Source of the DNA: an uncultured Acidimicrobiaceae bacterium
GTDB taxonomy: Bacteria > Actinomycetota > Acidimicrobiia > Spongiisociales > ZC4RG35
Assembly (NCBI GenBank): GCA_964653975.1
Contig: CAZZIG010000016.1
Span: forward strand, 3,331-67,330
Direction of reading: 5' to 3'
Length of the DNA: 64,000 nt
Under the pieces are notes generated by a model. That model was not told the origin of the DNA, ran no database searches, and worked only from the letters and a program-made list of their open reading frames with translations. A program made the position numbers and the translations under genes. Of this stretch, positions 26,537 through 35,634 are shown one piece after another. The number at the start of each line of letters is the position of its first letter. The first letter of the stretch is position 1.

Positions 26537-27437
26537 GGCGTCCGTCGGGGGTCTCGTCTCATCGATGGATCGGCGGCTACCGCCACAGCGAAGACTCGAA
26601 CGCCATACTGCTCTGGTGCCCATCGACCACCATCGCGAGACCAACCGCGCCAATTGGGATGCCCGAGTAGACGTCCATCTCGGATCGGACGTCTACGGGA
26701 TCCGGCGGTTCATCGATGATCCGGAGTTCGTTGGTGGGGTGGTCAGATTCGACGCAGCCAAGCTGGGTGAGGTCGACGGAAAACGCCTTCTCCATCTCCA
26801 ATGTCATATCGGCACTGACACCATCGGGTGGGCACGTCTCGGGGCCGAAGTCACCGGGATCGATATATCACCGAAGTCGATCGAGGCCGCACGCAGCATC
26901 AGCGAGAACACCGACACCCGTGCCCGGTTCATCGTGTCGGAGTTGTACGACGCACCAGCGGTCCTGCCCGAGACCTTCGACGTGGTCTACACCGGCGTCG
27001 GGGCGATCTGTTGGCTACCCGACATCGAGGGCTGGGCCGAGGTCGTGACCGCTTTTCTCGCGCCGGGCGGTCGCTTCTACATGCGGGAAGGCCACCCGAT
27101 TCTCTGGGCCCTCGACATCGACCGGGACGACGATCTCCTCGTCGTCGACTATCCATATTTCGAGACGGCCGAGCCGCAGCATTGGTCCGAGGATTTCACC
27201 TACGCCGGCGATGGCGAAGTGGTCAGTCCAGACACTTACGTGTGGAACCACGGGATCGCCGAAACCCTTCAGGCCCTGATCGACGTGGGACTTCGAATCG
27301 ACGAAGTGGAGGAGTACGACTTCCTCGAGTGGGAGGCCGGACCGGTCAACCAACTGGGCGACGACGGTCGTTACCACCTACCAATACGCAGCGAGCGTCT
27401 TCCCCTGATGTGGTCGGTGTTGGCCACCAAGTCCTAG
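26535..27437 (+). CDS. Class I SAM-dependent methyltransferase
   Basis: ORF 26325..27437 trimmed to the ATG at 26535 (alternative 26565). The upstream 70 codons are the HNH remnant plus unrelated sequence. Motifs are NRANWDARVDVH, LLHLQCHIGTDTIGWARLGAEVTGIDIS (motifs I/II), VYTGVGAICWLPD and LAPGGRFYMREGHP. Confidence 0.8.
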   Translation: MASVGGLVSSMDRRLPPQRRLERHTALVPIDHHRETNRANWDARVDVHLGSDVYGIRRFIDDPEFVGGVVRFDAAKLGEVDGKRLLHLQCHIGTDTIGWARLGAEVTGIDISPKSIEAARSISENTDTRARFIVSELYDAPAVLPETFDVVYTGVGAICWLPDIEGWAEVVTAFLAPGGRFYMREGHPILWALDIDRDDDLLVVDYPYFETAEPQHWSEDFTYAGDGEVVSPDTYVWNHGIAETLQALIDVGLRIDEVEEYDFLEWEAGPVNQLGDDGRYHLPIRSERLPLMWSVLATKS

Positions 27438-27509
27438 TGCCCCCGGCAGGACTCGAACCTGCGCACCCGGTTCCGGAGACCGGTGCTCTATCCCCTGAGC
27501 TACGGGGGC
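27438..27509 (-). tRNA. tRNA-Arg (anticodon CCG)
   Basis: The reverse complement is GCCCCCGTAGCTCAGGGGATAGAGCACCGGTCTCCGGAACCGGGTGCGCAGGTTCGAGTCCTGCCGGGGGCA. It has a 7-bp acceptor stem GCCCCCG/CGGGGGC, D-arm GCTC/GAGC, anticodon stem CCGGT/ACCGG with loop CTCCGGA, and T-arm GCAGG-TTCGAGT-CCTGC. No CCA is encoded. Confidence 0.93.
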
Positions 27510-27521
27510 GGGCAATCGAAG

Positions 27522-27767
27522 ATGGTACGCCGCATGGGAGCCAAGACCCCAACCCTTGATAACCTCGACCGGGTGACAGAGCCCCAAGAAGAGAAGCCGT
27601 CCCAGGATGGAGACCAGAAGGCTTGGCTGAACGCCGGTCTGGGTGCGGCATTTGGGGCGGCGGCGGGCACCGTGGTGTTCGCCCTCACCGACGACGTGTT
27701 CTGGATCGCCATCGGGCCCGCCTTCGGGGTCGCAGTGGCCGTCGTGTTCGCATCGGCCAAGAAGTGA
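27522..27767 (+). CDS. Possible small two-TM membrane protein upstream of thrC
   Basis: ORF 27483..27767 trimmed to the first ATG outside the tRNA (27522; alternative 27534). The C-terminal half WLNAGLGAAFGAAAGTVVFALTDDVFWIAIGPAFGVAVAVVFASAKK is Gly/Ala-zipper-like. The stop lies 4 nt before the thrC start. Confidence 0.4.
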   Translation: MVRRMGAKTPTLDNLDRVTEPQEEKPSQDGDQKAWLNAGLGAAFGAAAGTVVFALTDDVFWIAIGPAFGVAVAVVFASAKK

Positions 27768-27771
27768 CGCC

Positions 27772-28971
27772 GTGAGGTATCGATCGACGCGGGCGAAGGC
27801 GCCCGAGGTCGACTTCAGGGGAGCGCTGGTGCAGGGACTGGCTCCCGATGGCGGTCTCTACGTCCCCGAAACCATCCCAGCTCTCCCCGAAGGTTGGGAG
27901 TCCTGGGACTACACAGAAGCGGTTTCGAACATCCTCGCTCTGTACGGCGCCGAAGACGTCGAAGGGCTGGTCGCTGACGCCGTCTCACGGTTCCACCATC
28001 CCGAGGTGGCTCCGATCGTCCAGGTCGGCGATCGAAAGCTGCTCGAGCTCTTCTGGGGGCCGACACTCTCGTTCAAAGATCACGCCCTCCAGGTGCTGGC
28101 GAGGCTTCTCGACCGAGAGGTGGAGCAGGGGGTGATCCTCGGGGCGACCAGTGGCGACACCGGCTCGGCGGCGATCGAAGCGTGCATCGGTCGGGAGAAC
28201 CTGACGGTGGTGATCCTCTTTCCCGAAGGGCGGGTCTCGGAGTTCCAGAGACGACAGATGACCACAGTCGCCGAGCGCAACACCCGGGCCGTGGCGGTCA
28301 GGGGCACCTTCGACGATTGCCAGCGCATGGTCAAGGAGGCCTTCGCCAGACATCCGCATCTGCTGGCGGTCAACTCGATCAACTGGTCCCGGATCGCGGT
28401 GCAGGCCGGATTCCACGTCCATGCCGCGGCGAGGATGGGAGAGCCCTACGACGTGGTCGTGCCCACCGGGAACTTCGGCAACGTCTACTCGGCATGGTTG
28501 GCCAAGCAGATGGGTGCGCCAATCGAGGTCATCACCATCGCCAACAACGCCAACCACGGTCTCAGCGATCTGGTCAATACCGGCCGGATGTCACCGACCG
28601 GTGTGGTGCCGACGATGGCCCCGGCGATGGACATCCAGGTGCCGTCGAATCTCGAGCGATTCACCGGTGACCCGACCACCGAGTTCAGCGCCAGTTGGTC
28701 CGACGACACCCAGATAAAACAGACCATCTCTGCCGTCGAAGACACCCACGGCTACGTACTCGATCCACATACGGCGACAGCGTGGCGTGCCGCGGAGGAG
28801 ACGCAGGCCAACAGACCACAACTCGTCCTGGCAACCGCCCATCCGGCGAAGTTCGACGACTCCGTCGCACCACCCGACTGGTTCCGGCCCCTCGAGGGGT
28901 TGGAGGAGCGGTCGGACACGATCGATCCCTCCGTGGCCGAGTTGGACCACCTGGTGACGCCCCGCGGATAG
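27772..28971 (+). CDS. thrC: Threonine synthase
   Basis: ORF 27643..28971 trimmed to the GTG at 27772. Motifs are RYRSTR, GLAPDGGLYVPE, GPTLSFKDHAL (PLP lysine) and GATSGDTGSAA. Confidence 0.92.
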   Translation: MRYRSTRAKAPEVDFRGALVQGLAPDGGLYVPETIPALPEGWESWDYTEAVSNILALYGAEDVEGLVADAVSRFHHPEVAPIVQVGDRKLLELFWGPTLSFKDHALQVLARLLDREVEQGVILGATSGDTGSAAIEACIGRENLTVVILFPEGRVSEFQRRQMTTVAERNTRAVAVRGTFDDCQRMVKEAFARHPHLLAVNSINWSRIAVQAGFHVHAAARMGEPYDVVVPTGNFGNVYSAWLAKQMGAPIEVITIANNANHGLSDLVNTGRMSPTGVVPTMAPAMDIQVPSNLERFTGDPTTEFSASWSDDTQIKQTISAVEDTHGYVLDPHTATAWRAAEETQANRPQLVLATAHPAKFDDSVAPPDWFRPLEGLEERSDTIDPSVAELDHLVTPRG

Positions 28972-29139
28972 TTGCTTTGCGCAAGCCGCATGAGCGGCTA
29001 CCATGTCCTCAGTCGGCACGACACCGTGCCGGCACTCCCGCCACACCGATCCAGGTTTCTCCTGTGCGAATGCCTGCGTGACGTGGGCGGGACCTCCGAT
29101 CCGTCAGAGCCCCACGGGGGACGAATCACGAAGGGTCCA

Positions 29140-30606
29140 ATGACGACACGAGCTCAACTGCAGAGCAAATCAATCGACGAGCTGAGAGAGGTCGCCCAGG
29201 CCGCGGGCATCGACACCGATGGACTGCAGAAGTCCAAGCTGATCGCAGCGCTCATGGACGCAGGCGAAGTCAAAGAGGGCAAACCCACCGAAGAGGTCGA
29301 TCTGCCCAAGGCGACCCCGCGTACCGAAAAGTCGGATCAACCCGACAAGTCGAGCACCCCGGACCACACCGACTCCAGGTCGGATGACAGCGACGACCGG
29401 GACAACAGAGGGGACGACAACAGGGGCGGTGGCGGCGGCCGTCAACGGAACCGACGGCGTCGTGACGACGACCGTGTTCCCGAGGACCAGCTGGAGGTGC
29501 GCGAGGGCATCCTCGACATCCTTCCCGAGGGCTACGGGTTCCTCCGGGTCACCGGATACAAGTCGGGCGACAAGGACGTCTACGTCTCGGCCAACCAGGT
29601 TCGCAAGTTCCGTCTCCGCAAAGGCGACATCATCTCAGGGCCGATTCGCCCGCCCCGCTCCAAGGAGAAGTTCCCCGCGGTGGTGAGGATCGCCTCCGTC
29701 AACGGGATGGACCCAGACGAGGCGATGAACCGCCCCAAGTTCGAGAATCTCACCCCGCTCTTCCCCGACGTCCGTCTCCGGCTCGAGGTCGAGGGCAAGT
29801 CGAACAACATCCTCACCCGGATCGTCGATCTGATCGCCCCGATCGGCAAAGGCCAGCGTGGTCTGATCGTCTCCCCGCCCAAGGCCGGCAAGACCACGGT
29901 GCTCCAGGAGATCGCCCAGTCGATCACCGCCAACAACCCGGAGTGCTACCTGATGGTGGTGCTGGTCGACGAGCGGCCCGAAGAGGTCACCGACATGCAG
30001 CGCTCGGTGAAAGGCGAGGTCATCTACTCGACCTTCGACCGGCCGGCCGAGGAGCACACCCAGGTGTCCGAGCTCGCCATCGAACGCGCCAAACGTCTCG
30101 TGGAGATGGGGACCGACGTAGTGATCGTGCTCGACTCGATCACCCGTCTCGCCAGGGCACACAACCTGGCGACACCAGCATCCGGGCGAATCCTCTCCGG
30201 TGGTGTCGACTCCCAGGCCCTCTATCCGCCGAAGCGGTTCTTCGGCGCCGCCAGGAACATCGAAGAGGGCGGCTCGCTCACCATCATGGCCACCGCACTG
30301 GTCGAGACCGGGTCGAAGATGGACGAGGTCATCTTCGAAGAGTTCAAGGGAACCGGGAACATGGAGCTGCGTCTCGATCGCAAGCTCGCCGACAAGCGCA
30401 TCTACCCCGCGGTGGACATCGAGGCTTCGGGAACACGGAAAGAGGAGCTGTTGTTCGACAGGACGGAGCTCAACCAGGTGTGGAAGCTCCGTAGAGTCCT
30501 TCTCGCCCTCGAGTCCGGGGCCGCACTCGAGCTCTTGATCGACCGTTTGAAGACCACCAAGTCCAATGCCGAGTTCCTCGCCGAAGTGGCGAAGAGCAGC
30601 GGCTGA
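29140..30606 (+). CDS. rho: Transcription termination factor Rho with an actinobacterial-type R/D/G-rich N-terminal insertion
   Basis: ORF 28972..30606 trimmed to the ATG at 29140 ([24 protein letters not shown], the Rho N-terminal helix bundle). Also GYGFLRV (RNA-binding), [15 protein letters not shown] (Walker A) and the C-terminal RecA-like domain. Confidence 0.95.
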   Translation: MTTRAQLQSKSIDELREVAQAAGIDTDGLQKSKLIAALMDAGEVKEGKPTEEVDLPKATPRTEKSDQPDKSSTPDHTDSRSDDSDDRDNRGDDNRGGGGGRQRNRRRRDDDRVPEDQLEVREGILDILPEGYGFLRVTGYKSGDKDVYVSANQVRKFRLRKGDIISGPIRPPRSKEKFPAVVRIASVNGMDPDEAMNRPKFENLTPLFPDVRLRLEVEGKSNNILTRIVDLIAPIGKGQRGLIVSPPKAGKTTVLQEIAQSITANNPECYLMVVLVDERPEEVTDMQRSVKGEVIYSTFDRPAEEHTQVSELAIERAKRLVEMGTDVVIVLDSITRLARAHNLATPASGRILSGGVDSQALYPPKRFFGAARNIEEGGSLTIMATALVETGSKMDEVIFEEFKGTGNMELRLDRKLADKRIYPAVDIEASGTRKEELLFDRTELNQVWKLRRVLLALESGAALELLIDRLKTTKSNAEFLAEVAKSSG

Positions 30607-30635
30607 GCAGCCAGATCCTCCATAGGAGAAGAATC

Positions 30636-30917
30636 GTGAGAGCCGACATCCATCCCACATACGACGTCACGACCGTGACCTGCTCGTGTGGCAACACCTT
30701 CGAGACTCGGAGCACCAAGCCGGGCGACATGCACATCGAGTTGTGCAACGAATGCCATCCCTTCTTCACGGGCAAGCAGAAGGTCGTCGACGCCGGTGGC
30801 CGGGTCGAGCGCTTCCAGCGGCGTTACGGGAAGAGCACATTCACCAAGGCCGGCGAGGCTGGCGAAACAGCCGACGCCGATACCGACGCAGAGGCCGGGG
30901 CTTCTGACTCAGAGTGA
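30636..30917 (+). CDS. rpmE: 50S ribosomal protein L31 (Zn-ribbon type) with an acidic C-terminal tail
   Basis: GTG start. [27 protein letters not shown]...[16 protein letters not shown]. Confidence 0.95.
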   Translation: MRADIHPTYDVTTVTCSCGNTFETRSTKPGDMHIELCNECHPFFTGKQKVVDAGGRVERFQRRYGKSTFTKAGEAGETADADTDAEAGASDSE

Positions 30918-30963
30918 GCCCGCCGCTCCCCTTGGGGGCGGACAGATCGACCCCACCAACACG

Positions 30964-31887
30964 GTGGGAGGTCAAGCCGTAATCGAGGGTGTCATGATGC
31001 GCGCCCCCAACGCCTGGTCGGTGGCGGTGCGTCAGCCCGAAGGTGGGATCATTGCCCGCCGCAACGAGCTCACCCGCCTCTCCGAGCGCAACCGGTGGGC
31101 GCGGGTCCCCTTCATACGTGGCATCTTCGTGCTCGGAGAGTCGCTGACCCTCGGCTTCAAGGCTCTCTCATGGTCGGCCCAGGTGGCCACCGAAGAGGAG
31201 GAGAAGCCTCTCACCGGTGCGCAGATCGGCTGGACCATGGCCCTGGCCTTCGCCTTCTTCGCCGGTGTGTTCATCCTCCTCCCCGCATTCGCCGCCGGCT
31301 TCGTCCCCAACGACTCCGACCTCCTCTTCAGTGTCATCGAGGGAGTCATCCGCCTCGCTCTGTTCATCGGCTACATCTGGTTGATCGGCAGGTCCGAGGA
31401 GATCGCCCGCGTCTTCGAGTATCACGGCGCCGAGCACATGTCGATCCACGCCTACGAGGCGGGGGAGCCTCTCAGCATCGAGTCGGTGGGCCGTTACCCG
31501 CCGGAGCACCCGAGATGTGGCACCAGCTTCCTCCTCATCGTGGTGCTCGGGTCGATCGTTCTGTTCACTTTTCTGGGCCAACCCGGGATCCTGTTCCTGG
31601 TGGTGTCCCGTCTCCTCGGCATTCCCGTCATCGCCGGATTCGCCTATGAGTTGCTCAGGTGGTCCGGGACGCGACCCGACGGCCGTCTCGCCACCATCCT
31701 GGCCAGACCGGGGATATGGCTGCAGAAGCTGACCACCTCGGACCCCAGCGAGGACCAGATCGAAGTGGCAATATCGAGTCTCGTGGTTGCCCTCGACGAC
31801 GACCGGTACGCAGACGTAGCCTCGCGGGGAGATCTCCCCCCGGAGGCCATCTCGGTGAGGGAGACCGCTCGCGTCGGAGGTCTGTGA
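30964..31887 (+). CDS. DUF1385-family membrane protein (YqhQ-like)
   Basis: ORF 30688..31887. The part upstream of 30917 overlaps rpmE, so the GTG at 30964 is the first plausible start (start uncertain). GGQAVIEGVMMR, YHGAEHM and HPRCGTSF motifs are present. The position between rpmE and prfA is conserved. Confidence 0.8.
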   Translation: MGGQAVIEGVMMRAPNAWSVAVRQPEGGIIARRNELTRLSERNRWARVPFIRGIFVLGESLTLGFKALSWSAQVATEEEEKPLTGAQIGWTMALAFAFFAGVFILLPAFAAGFVPNDSDLLFSVIEGVIRLALFIGYIWLIGRSEEIARVFEYHGAEHMSIHAYEAGEPLSIESVGRYPPEHPRCGTSFLLIVVLGSIVLFTFLGQPGILFLVVSRLLGIPVIAGFAYELLRWSGTRPDGRLATILARPGIWLQKLTTSDPSEDQIEVAISSLVVALDDDRYADVASRGDLPPEAISVRETARVGGL

Positions 31888-32945
31888 TGGATCAGACCCT
31901 CAGCGAACGGCTAGCCGACATCGAGGCGATCTTCGACGAGGTCGAAGCATCCCTCGCCGACCCAGAGGTCCACTCCGACCCGAGCCAGTTCGCCGAGTTG
32001 GGCAAGAGGCACTCCGACCTGAAGGACACGGTGGCCGACATCCGCCGGTGGCGTCAGGCGCAGGTCGATCTCGGTGAGGCCAGGGAGATGGCCGACGACC
32101 CCGACATGGCCCAGATGGCTCGCGAGCTGGAGAGGGAGGTCGCCTCGCTCGAGCAGCGGATCAAACGCGCCCTCGTCCCCAAAGATCCCAACGACGCCAA
32201 AGACGTGATCCTCGAGATCAGGGCCGGGGTAGGTGGCGATGAGGCCTCTCTCTGGGCAGGCGACCTGTTGCGCATGTACCAGAAGTACACCGAACGGCTC
32301 GGCTTTCGCATGGAAGTGATGGAGTCCTCGGAGTCGGAGACGGGCGGATACGACAAGATCACGCTCTCGGTGAAGGGCAAGGGCGCCTACTCCAAGCTCA
32401 AGTACGAGGGAGGGGTCCACCGGGTGCAGCGGGTACCGAAGACCGAGTCTCAGGGCCGGGTCCACACCTCGACGGCGACGGTGGCGGTGTTGCCGGAGGC
32501 TGAGGATGTGGACATCGAGATTGACCCCAACGAGGTACGCGTCGATGTCTACCGCTCGACCGGGCCCGGAGGCCAGTCGGTGAACACGACGGATTCCGCG
32601 GTGCGCCTCACCCACGAGCCAACCGGGATCGTGGTCTCCATGCAGGACGAGAAGAGCCAGTTACAGAACAAGGAGAAGGCGTGGCGCGTCCTCCGGGCGA
32701 GGCTCATGCAGATGGAGCAGGAGAAGGCCGCCGCTGAGCTCGCCGGTGCCCGCAAGAGCCAGGTGGGCACCGGTGGCCGATCCGAGAAGATCCGCACCTA
32801 CAACTACAAGGACAACCGGGTCACCGATCACCGCATCGGTCTCACCATCAAACGTCTCGACTCGGTCCTCGAAGGAGATCTCGACGACGTCGTGTCGGCT
32901 CTCGCCACCGCCGATCAGGCCGAGAAGCTCGCCGGCGAGGAGTGA
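31887..32945 (+). CDS. prfA: Peptide chain release factor 1
   Basis: The ATG at 31887 overlaps the upstream TGA. Motifs are VQRVPKTESQGRVHTS (PxT codon-recognition tripeptide) and RSTGPGGQSVNTTDSAVR (GGQ). Confidence 0.96.
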   Translation: MDQTLSERLADIEAIFDEVEASLADPEVHSDPSQFAELGKRHSDLKDTVADIRRWRQAQVDLGEAREMADDPDMAQMARELEREVASLEQRIKRALVPKDPNDAKDVILEIRAGVGGDEASLWAGDLLRMYQKYTERLGFRMEVMESSESETGGYDKITLSVKGKGAYSKLKYEGGVHRVQRVPKTESQGRVHTSTATVAVLPEAEDVDIEIDPNEVRVDVYRSTGPGGQSVNTTDSAVRLTHEPTGIVVSMQDEKSQLQNKEKAWRVLRARLMQMEQEKAAAELAGARKSQVGTGGRSEKIRTYNYKDNRVTDHRIGLTIKRLDSVLEGDLDDVVSALATADQAEKLAGEE

Positions 32946-33051
32946 GCCCGAACCGGCGCGATCCGTTGAGAGCTCCCGCGCTGAGGGTGGATTTCTGCAC
33001 ACTCGACCGCTCACTGCTGACGATCCTTGGCCTCGGCTGGCAGACTCAGGG

Positions 33052-33783
33052 ATGCCCATGGAGCAGATCCCACCGCATGAGCTGAGCCGTCTCGAGGCGA
33101 TCGCGGGCCCGAGCAAGCCGCTGGAGGAATTGGTGGCGCGTCGTCTCGGCGGCGAGCCGCTGCAGTACATCGAGGGGTCGGCACCGTTCGGGCCGCTCGA
33201 CCTCCTCGTCGACGAGCGGGTGCTGGTGCCCCGTCCCGAGACAGAGGGTCTCTACGAGATCGCGGTCCGAATGGTGCGCAATCCGGAGGTGATCGTCGAC
33301 CTGTGCACCGGGTCCGGGGCCCTGGCGCTCGCGCTGAAGAAGGCTTTCCCCTCGGCTGCGGTGTTCGCCACCGACCTCTCCCCCGAGGCGATCGAGGTCG
33401 CCGCCGAGAACGTGCGTCGCAACCAGCTCGACATCTACCTGGCCGAAGGCGATCTCTTCGATCCTCTCCCGGCAGCGCTGCTCGGTGAGGTCGATCTCCT
33501 CGTGGCCAACCCGCCGTACATCTCGGAGGCGGAGTTCGAATCGTTGCCCAAAGACGTCAAACGAGAGCCCAAGGTCGCTCTGGTGGCGGGGCGGACCGGG
33601 CTCGAGATCATCCAGGAGATCGGGGGGTCGGCGGCGCGTTGGCTTCGACCTGGAGGGGTGCTGGTCTGTGAGATCGGGGAGCGACAGGGCGTGTCGGCGT
33701 CGATCTCGTTCGCCGACCTTCCCACGGTCGTGCGCAAGGACCTGAACAAACGGGACCGCTACGTGATCGCAGTCAAGCCGTGA
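33052..33783 (+). CDS. prmC: Release-factor glutamine N5-methyltransferase (PrmC/HemK); N-terminal domain appears truncated or frameshifted
   Basis: GEPLQYIEG, LVPRPETE, VDLCTGSGALAL (SAM motif I) and LLVANPPYI (NPPY). Only about 34 residues precede GEPLQYI from the ATG at 33052. Confidence 0.85.
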   Translation: MPMEQIPPHELSRLEAIAGPSKPLEELVARRLGGEPLQYIEGSAPFGPLDLLVDERVLVPRPETEGLYEIAVRMVRNPEVIVDLCTGSGALALALKKAFPSAAVFATDLSPEAIEVAAENVRRNQLDIYLAEGDLFDPLPAALLGEVDLLVANPPYISEAEFESLPKDVKREPKVALVAGRTGLEIIQEIGGSAARWLRPGGVLVCEIGERQGVSASISFADLPTVVRKDLNKRDRYVIAVKP

Positions 33784-34340
33784 TCGAGGAGGCCGTGGCC
33801 GCCATCCTCGACGGGCAGGTCGTGGGTCTGCCGACCGACACCGTCTACGGGATCGGGGTCGACCCTTTCAACCCCGACGCCGTCGCCAAGCTATACGAGC
33901 TGAAGGGGCGGCCTCGGCACAAACCGGTCGGCGTTCTCGTGGCCACGGTCGACCAGGCCACCGAGATCGGGGACTTGTCGGATGAGGGTGCGGAGTTGGC
34001 CCGACGTCACTGGCCGGGAGCGCTGACCCTCATCGTGAGACCGAGAGTGGTGATGGCTGACTGGGTCGGCGACGAGCAACGACGGACGCTCGGGGTGAGG
34101 GTCCCCGATCACGATGTCGCCCGCACCCTTCTCGAGGTGTCGGGCCCGCTGGCGGTCACGTCCGCCAACGAGTCGGGAGGGCGTGAGGCCATGAACGATC
34201 GCGAGGCGCGCGACGTCTTCGGCGACCGGGTCGCGGTCTACCTGGAGGGGACCGCGACCGGGGGCGAGGCGTCCACCGTGGTGGATGCCACCGGCGGCCG
34301 ACTCCAGGTGATACGTGAAGGCCCGATCCGGGTCGAGTGA
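33780..34340 (+). CDS. tsaC: L-threonylcarbamoyladenylate synthase (TsaC/YrdC/Sua5 family, short form)
   Basis: GTG start overlapping the prmC stop. VVGLPTDTVYGIGVDP, LKGRPRHKPVGVLV, WPGALTLI and VTSANESG. Confidence 0.9.
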   Translation: MIEEAVAAILDGQVVGLPTDTVYGIGVDPFNPDAVAKLYELKGRPRHKPVGVLVATVDQATEIGDLSDEGAELARRHWPGALTLIVRPRVVMADWVGDEQRRTLGVRVPDHDVARTLLEVSGPLAVTSANESGGREAMNDREARDVFGDRVAVYLEGTATGGEASTVVDATGGRLQVIREGPIRVE

Positions 34341-34356
34341 CCGTTACGCTCGGCCC

Positions 34357-35628
34357 ATGATCTCCATGGACTCCATAGAGCAGGTCGATCCGGCGATCGC
34401 CGGACTCATAAGGAAGGACCTGGAACGCCAGAACTCCCACATCCATCTCATCGCCTCGGAGAACTTCGCCTCCCCGGCGGTCATGGCGGCGTCGGGCTCG
34501 GTGTTCACCAACAAATACGCCGAGGGCTATCCGGGGAGACGCTATTACGAGGGCTGTCAGGTGGTCGACGAGATGGAGCAACTCGCCATCGACCGGGCGA
34601 CCGAGCTCTTCGACGCCGAGTTCGCCAACGTTCAGGCCCACTCGGGGGCGCAGGCCAACATGGGGGCTTACTTCTCGCTGATCGAGCCCGGCGACACCGT
34701 CCTCGGGATGCGACTGGACCACGGGGGCCACCTCACCCACGGATCACCGGTGAACTTCAGTGGTCTCTACTACGACTTCGTCGCCTACGGGGTCGACCCG
34801 GACACCGAGATCATCGACATGGACGAGGTGCGGAGGCTTGCCAGGGAGCATCGCCCCAAGATCCTCCTCGCCGGCTACTCGGCCTATTCACGAACCCTCG
34901 ACTACCAGGGCTTCCGGGACATCGCCGACGAGGTGGGTGCCGTCTTCATGGTCGACGCGGCGCATTTCATCGGCCTGGTGGCCGGCAGGTCCCATCCGTC
35001 ACCGGTGCCCTTCGCCGACATCGTCACCGGAACCACCCACAAGGCGCTGCGTGGGCCGCGCGGTGGCATCGTCCTCGCCAAGGAGGAGCTCGGGAAGATG
35101 ATCGACAAGGGTGTGTTCCCCAACGTCCAGGGTGGGCCCATCGAGTCGCAGGTGGCGGCCAAGGCGGTCTGTTTCCTCGAGGCGATGCAGCCGTCGTACC
35201 GTGAATACACCGACCAGATCGTGACCAATGCAGCCGCGATGGCGACACGAACCCAGGAGGAGGGAGTCAGGGTCGTCTCCGGTGGCACCGACAACCACCT
35301 CTACCTGATCGACCTCCGCTCCGTCGACGAGGACCTGACCGGGAAGGAAGCGGCGCGGATGCTGGACGGTCTCGGCATCACTCTCAACTTCAACACCATC
35401 CCCAACGACCCCCGTCCTCCCTATCGGGCCTCGGGTCTACGCATCGGGACCCCGGCGATGACGACCCAGGGCATGAAGGAGGAGCAGGCGGCAGAGGTGG
35501 CCTCGCTGATCTGTCGTGCCCTGAGCCAGCGTTCTGACGAGGCAGCGATGTCAGAGATTTCGTCCCGGGTCTCGGAGCTGGCCGGCGAGTTCTCGCCCTA
35601 CCCCCACGACTTCGCGGGGCATGTCTGA
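34357..35628 (+). CDS. glyA: Serine hydroxymethyltransferase
   Basis: ORF 34315..35628 trimmed to the ATG at 34357. Motifs are HLIASENFASPAV, YAEGYPGRRYYEGC and VTGTTHKALRGPRGG (PLP lysine). Confidence 0.96.
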   Translation: MISMDSIEQVDPAIAGLIRKDLERQNSHIHLIASENFASPAVMAASGSVFTNKYAEGYPGRRYYEGCQVVDEMEQLAIDRATELFDAEFANVQAHSGAQANMGAYFSLIEPGDTVLGMRLDHGGHLTHGSPVNFSGLYYDFVAYGVDPDTEIIDMDEVRRLAREHRPKILLAGYSAYSRTLDYQGFRDIADEVGAVFMVDAAHFIGLVAGRSHPSPVPFADIVTGTTHKALRGPRGGIVLAKEELGKMIDKGVFPNVQGGPIESQVAAKAVCFLEAMQPSYREYTDQIVTNAAAMATRTQEEGVRVVSGGTDNHLYLIDLRSVDEDLTGKEAARMLDGLGITLNFNTIPNDPRPPYRASGLRIGTPAMTTQGMKEEQAAEVASLICRALSQRSDEAAMSEISSRVSELAGEFSPYPHDFAGHV

Positions 35629-35634
35629 TCTCGG

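Noticed and set aside
26325-27437. The 370-aa ORF read as a genuine HNH-methyltransferase fusion protein
   Set aside because: The N-terminal 70 codons contain only the middle of the HNH motif. The first CxxC zinc ligands and the Asp of the D-H dyad are missing, and the rest is unrelated sequence. The homology patch ends exactly at an ATG that gives a normal-length methyltransferase.
27483-27521. Start of ORF 27483..27767 as given in the track
   Set aside because: These codons lie inside the tRNA-Arg gene on the other strand. A later ATG (27522 or 27534) is the only sensible start if the small ORF is real.
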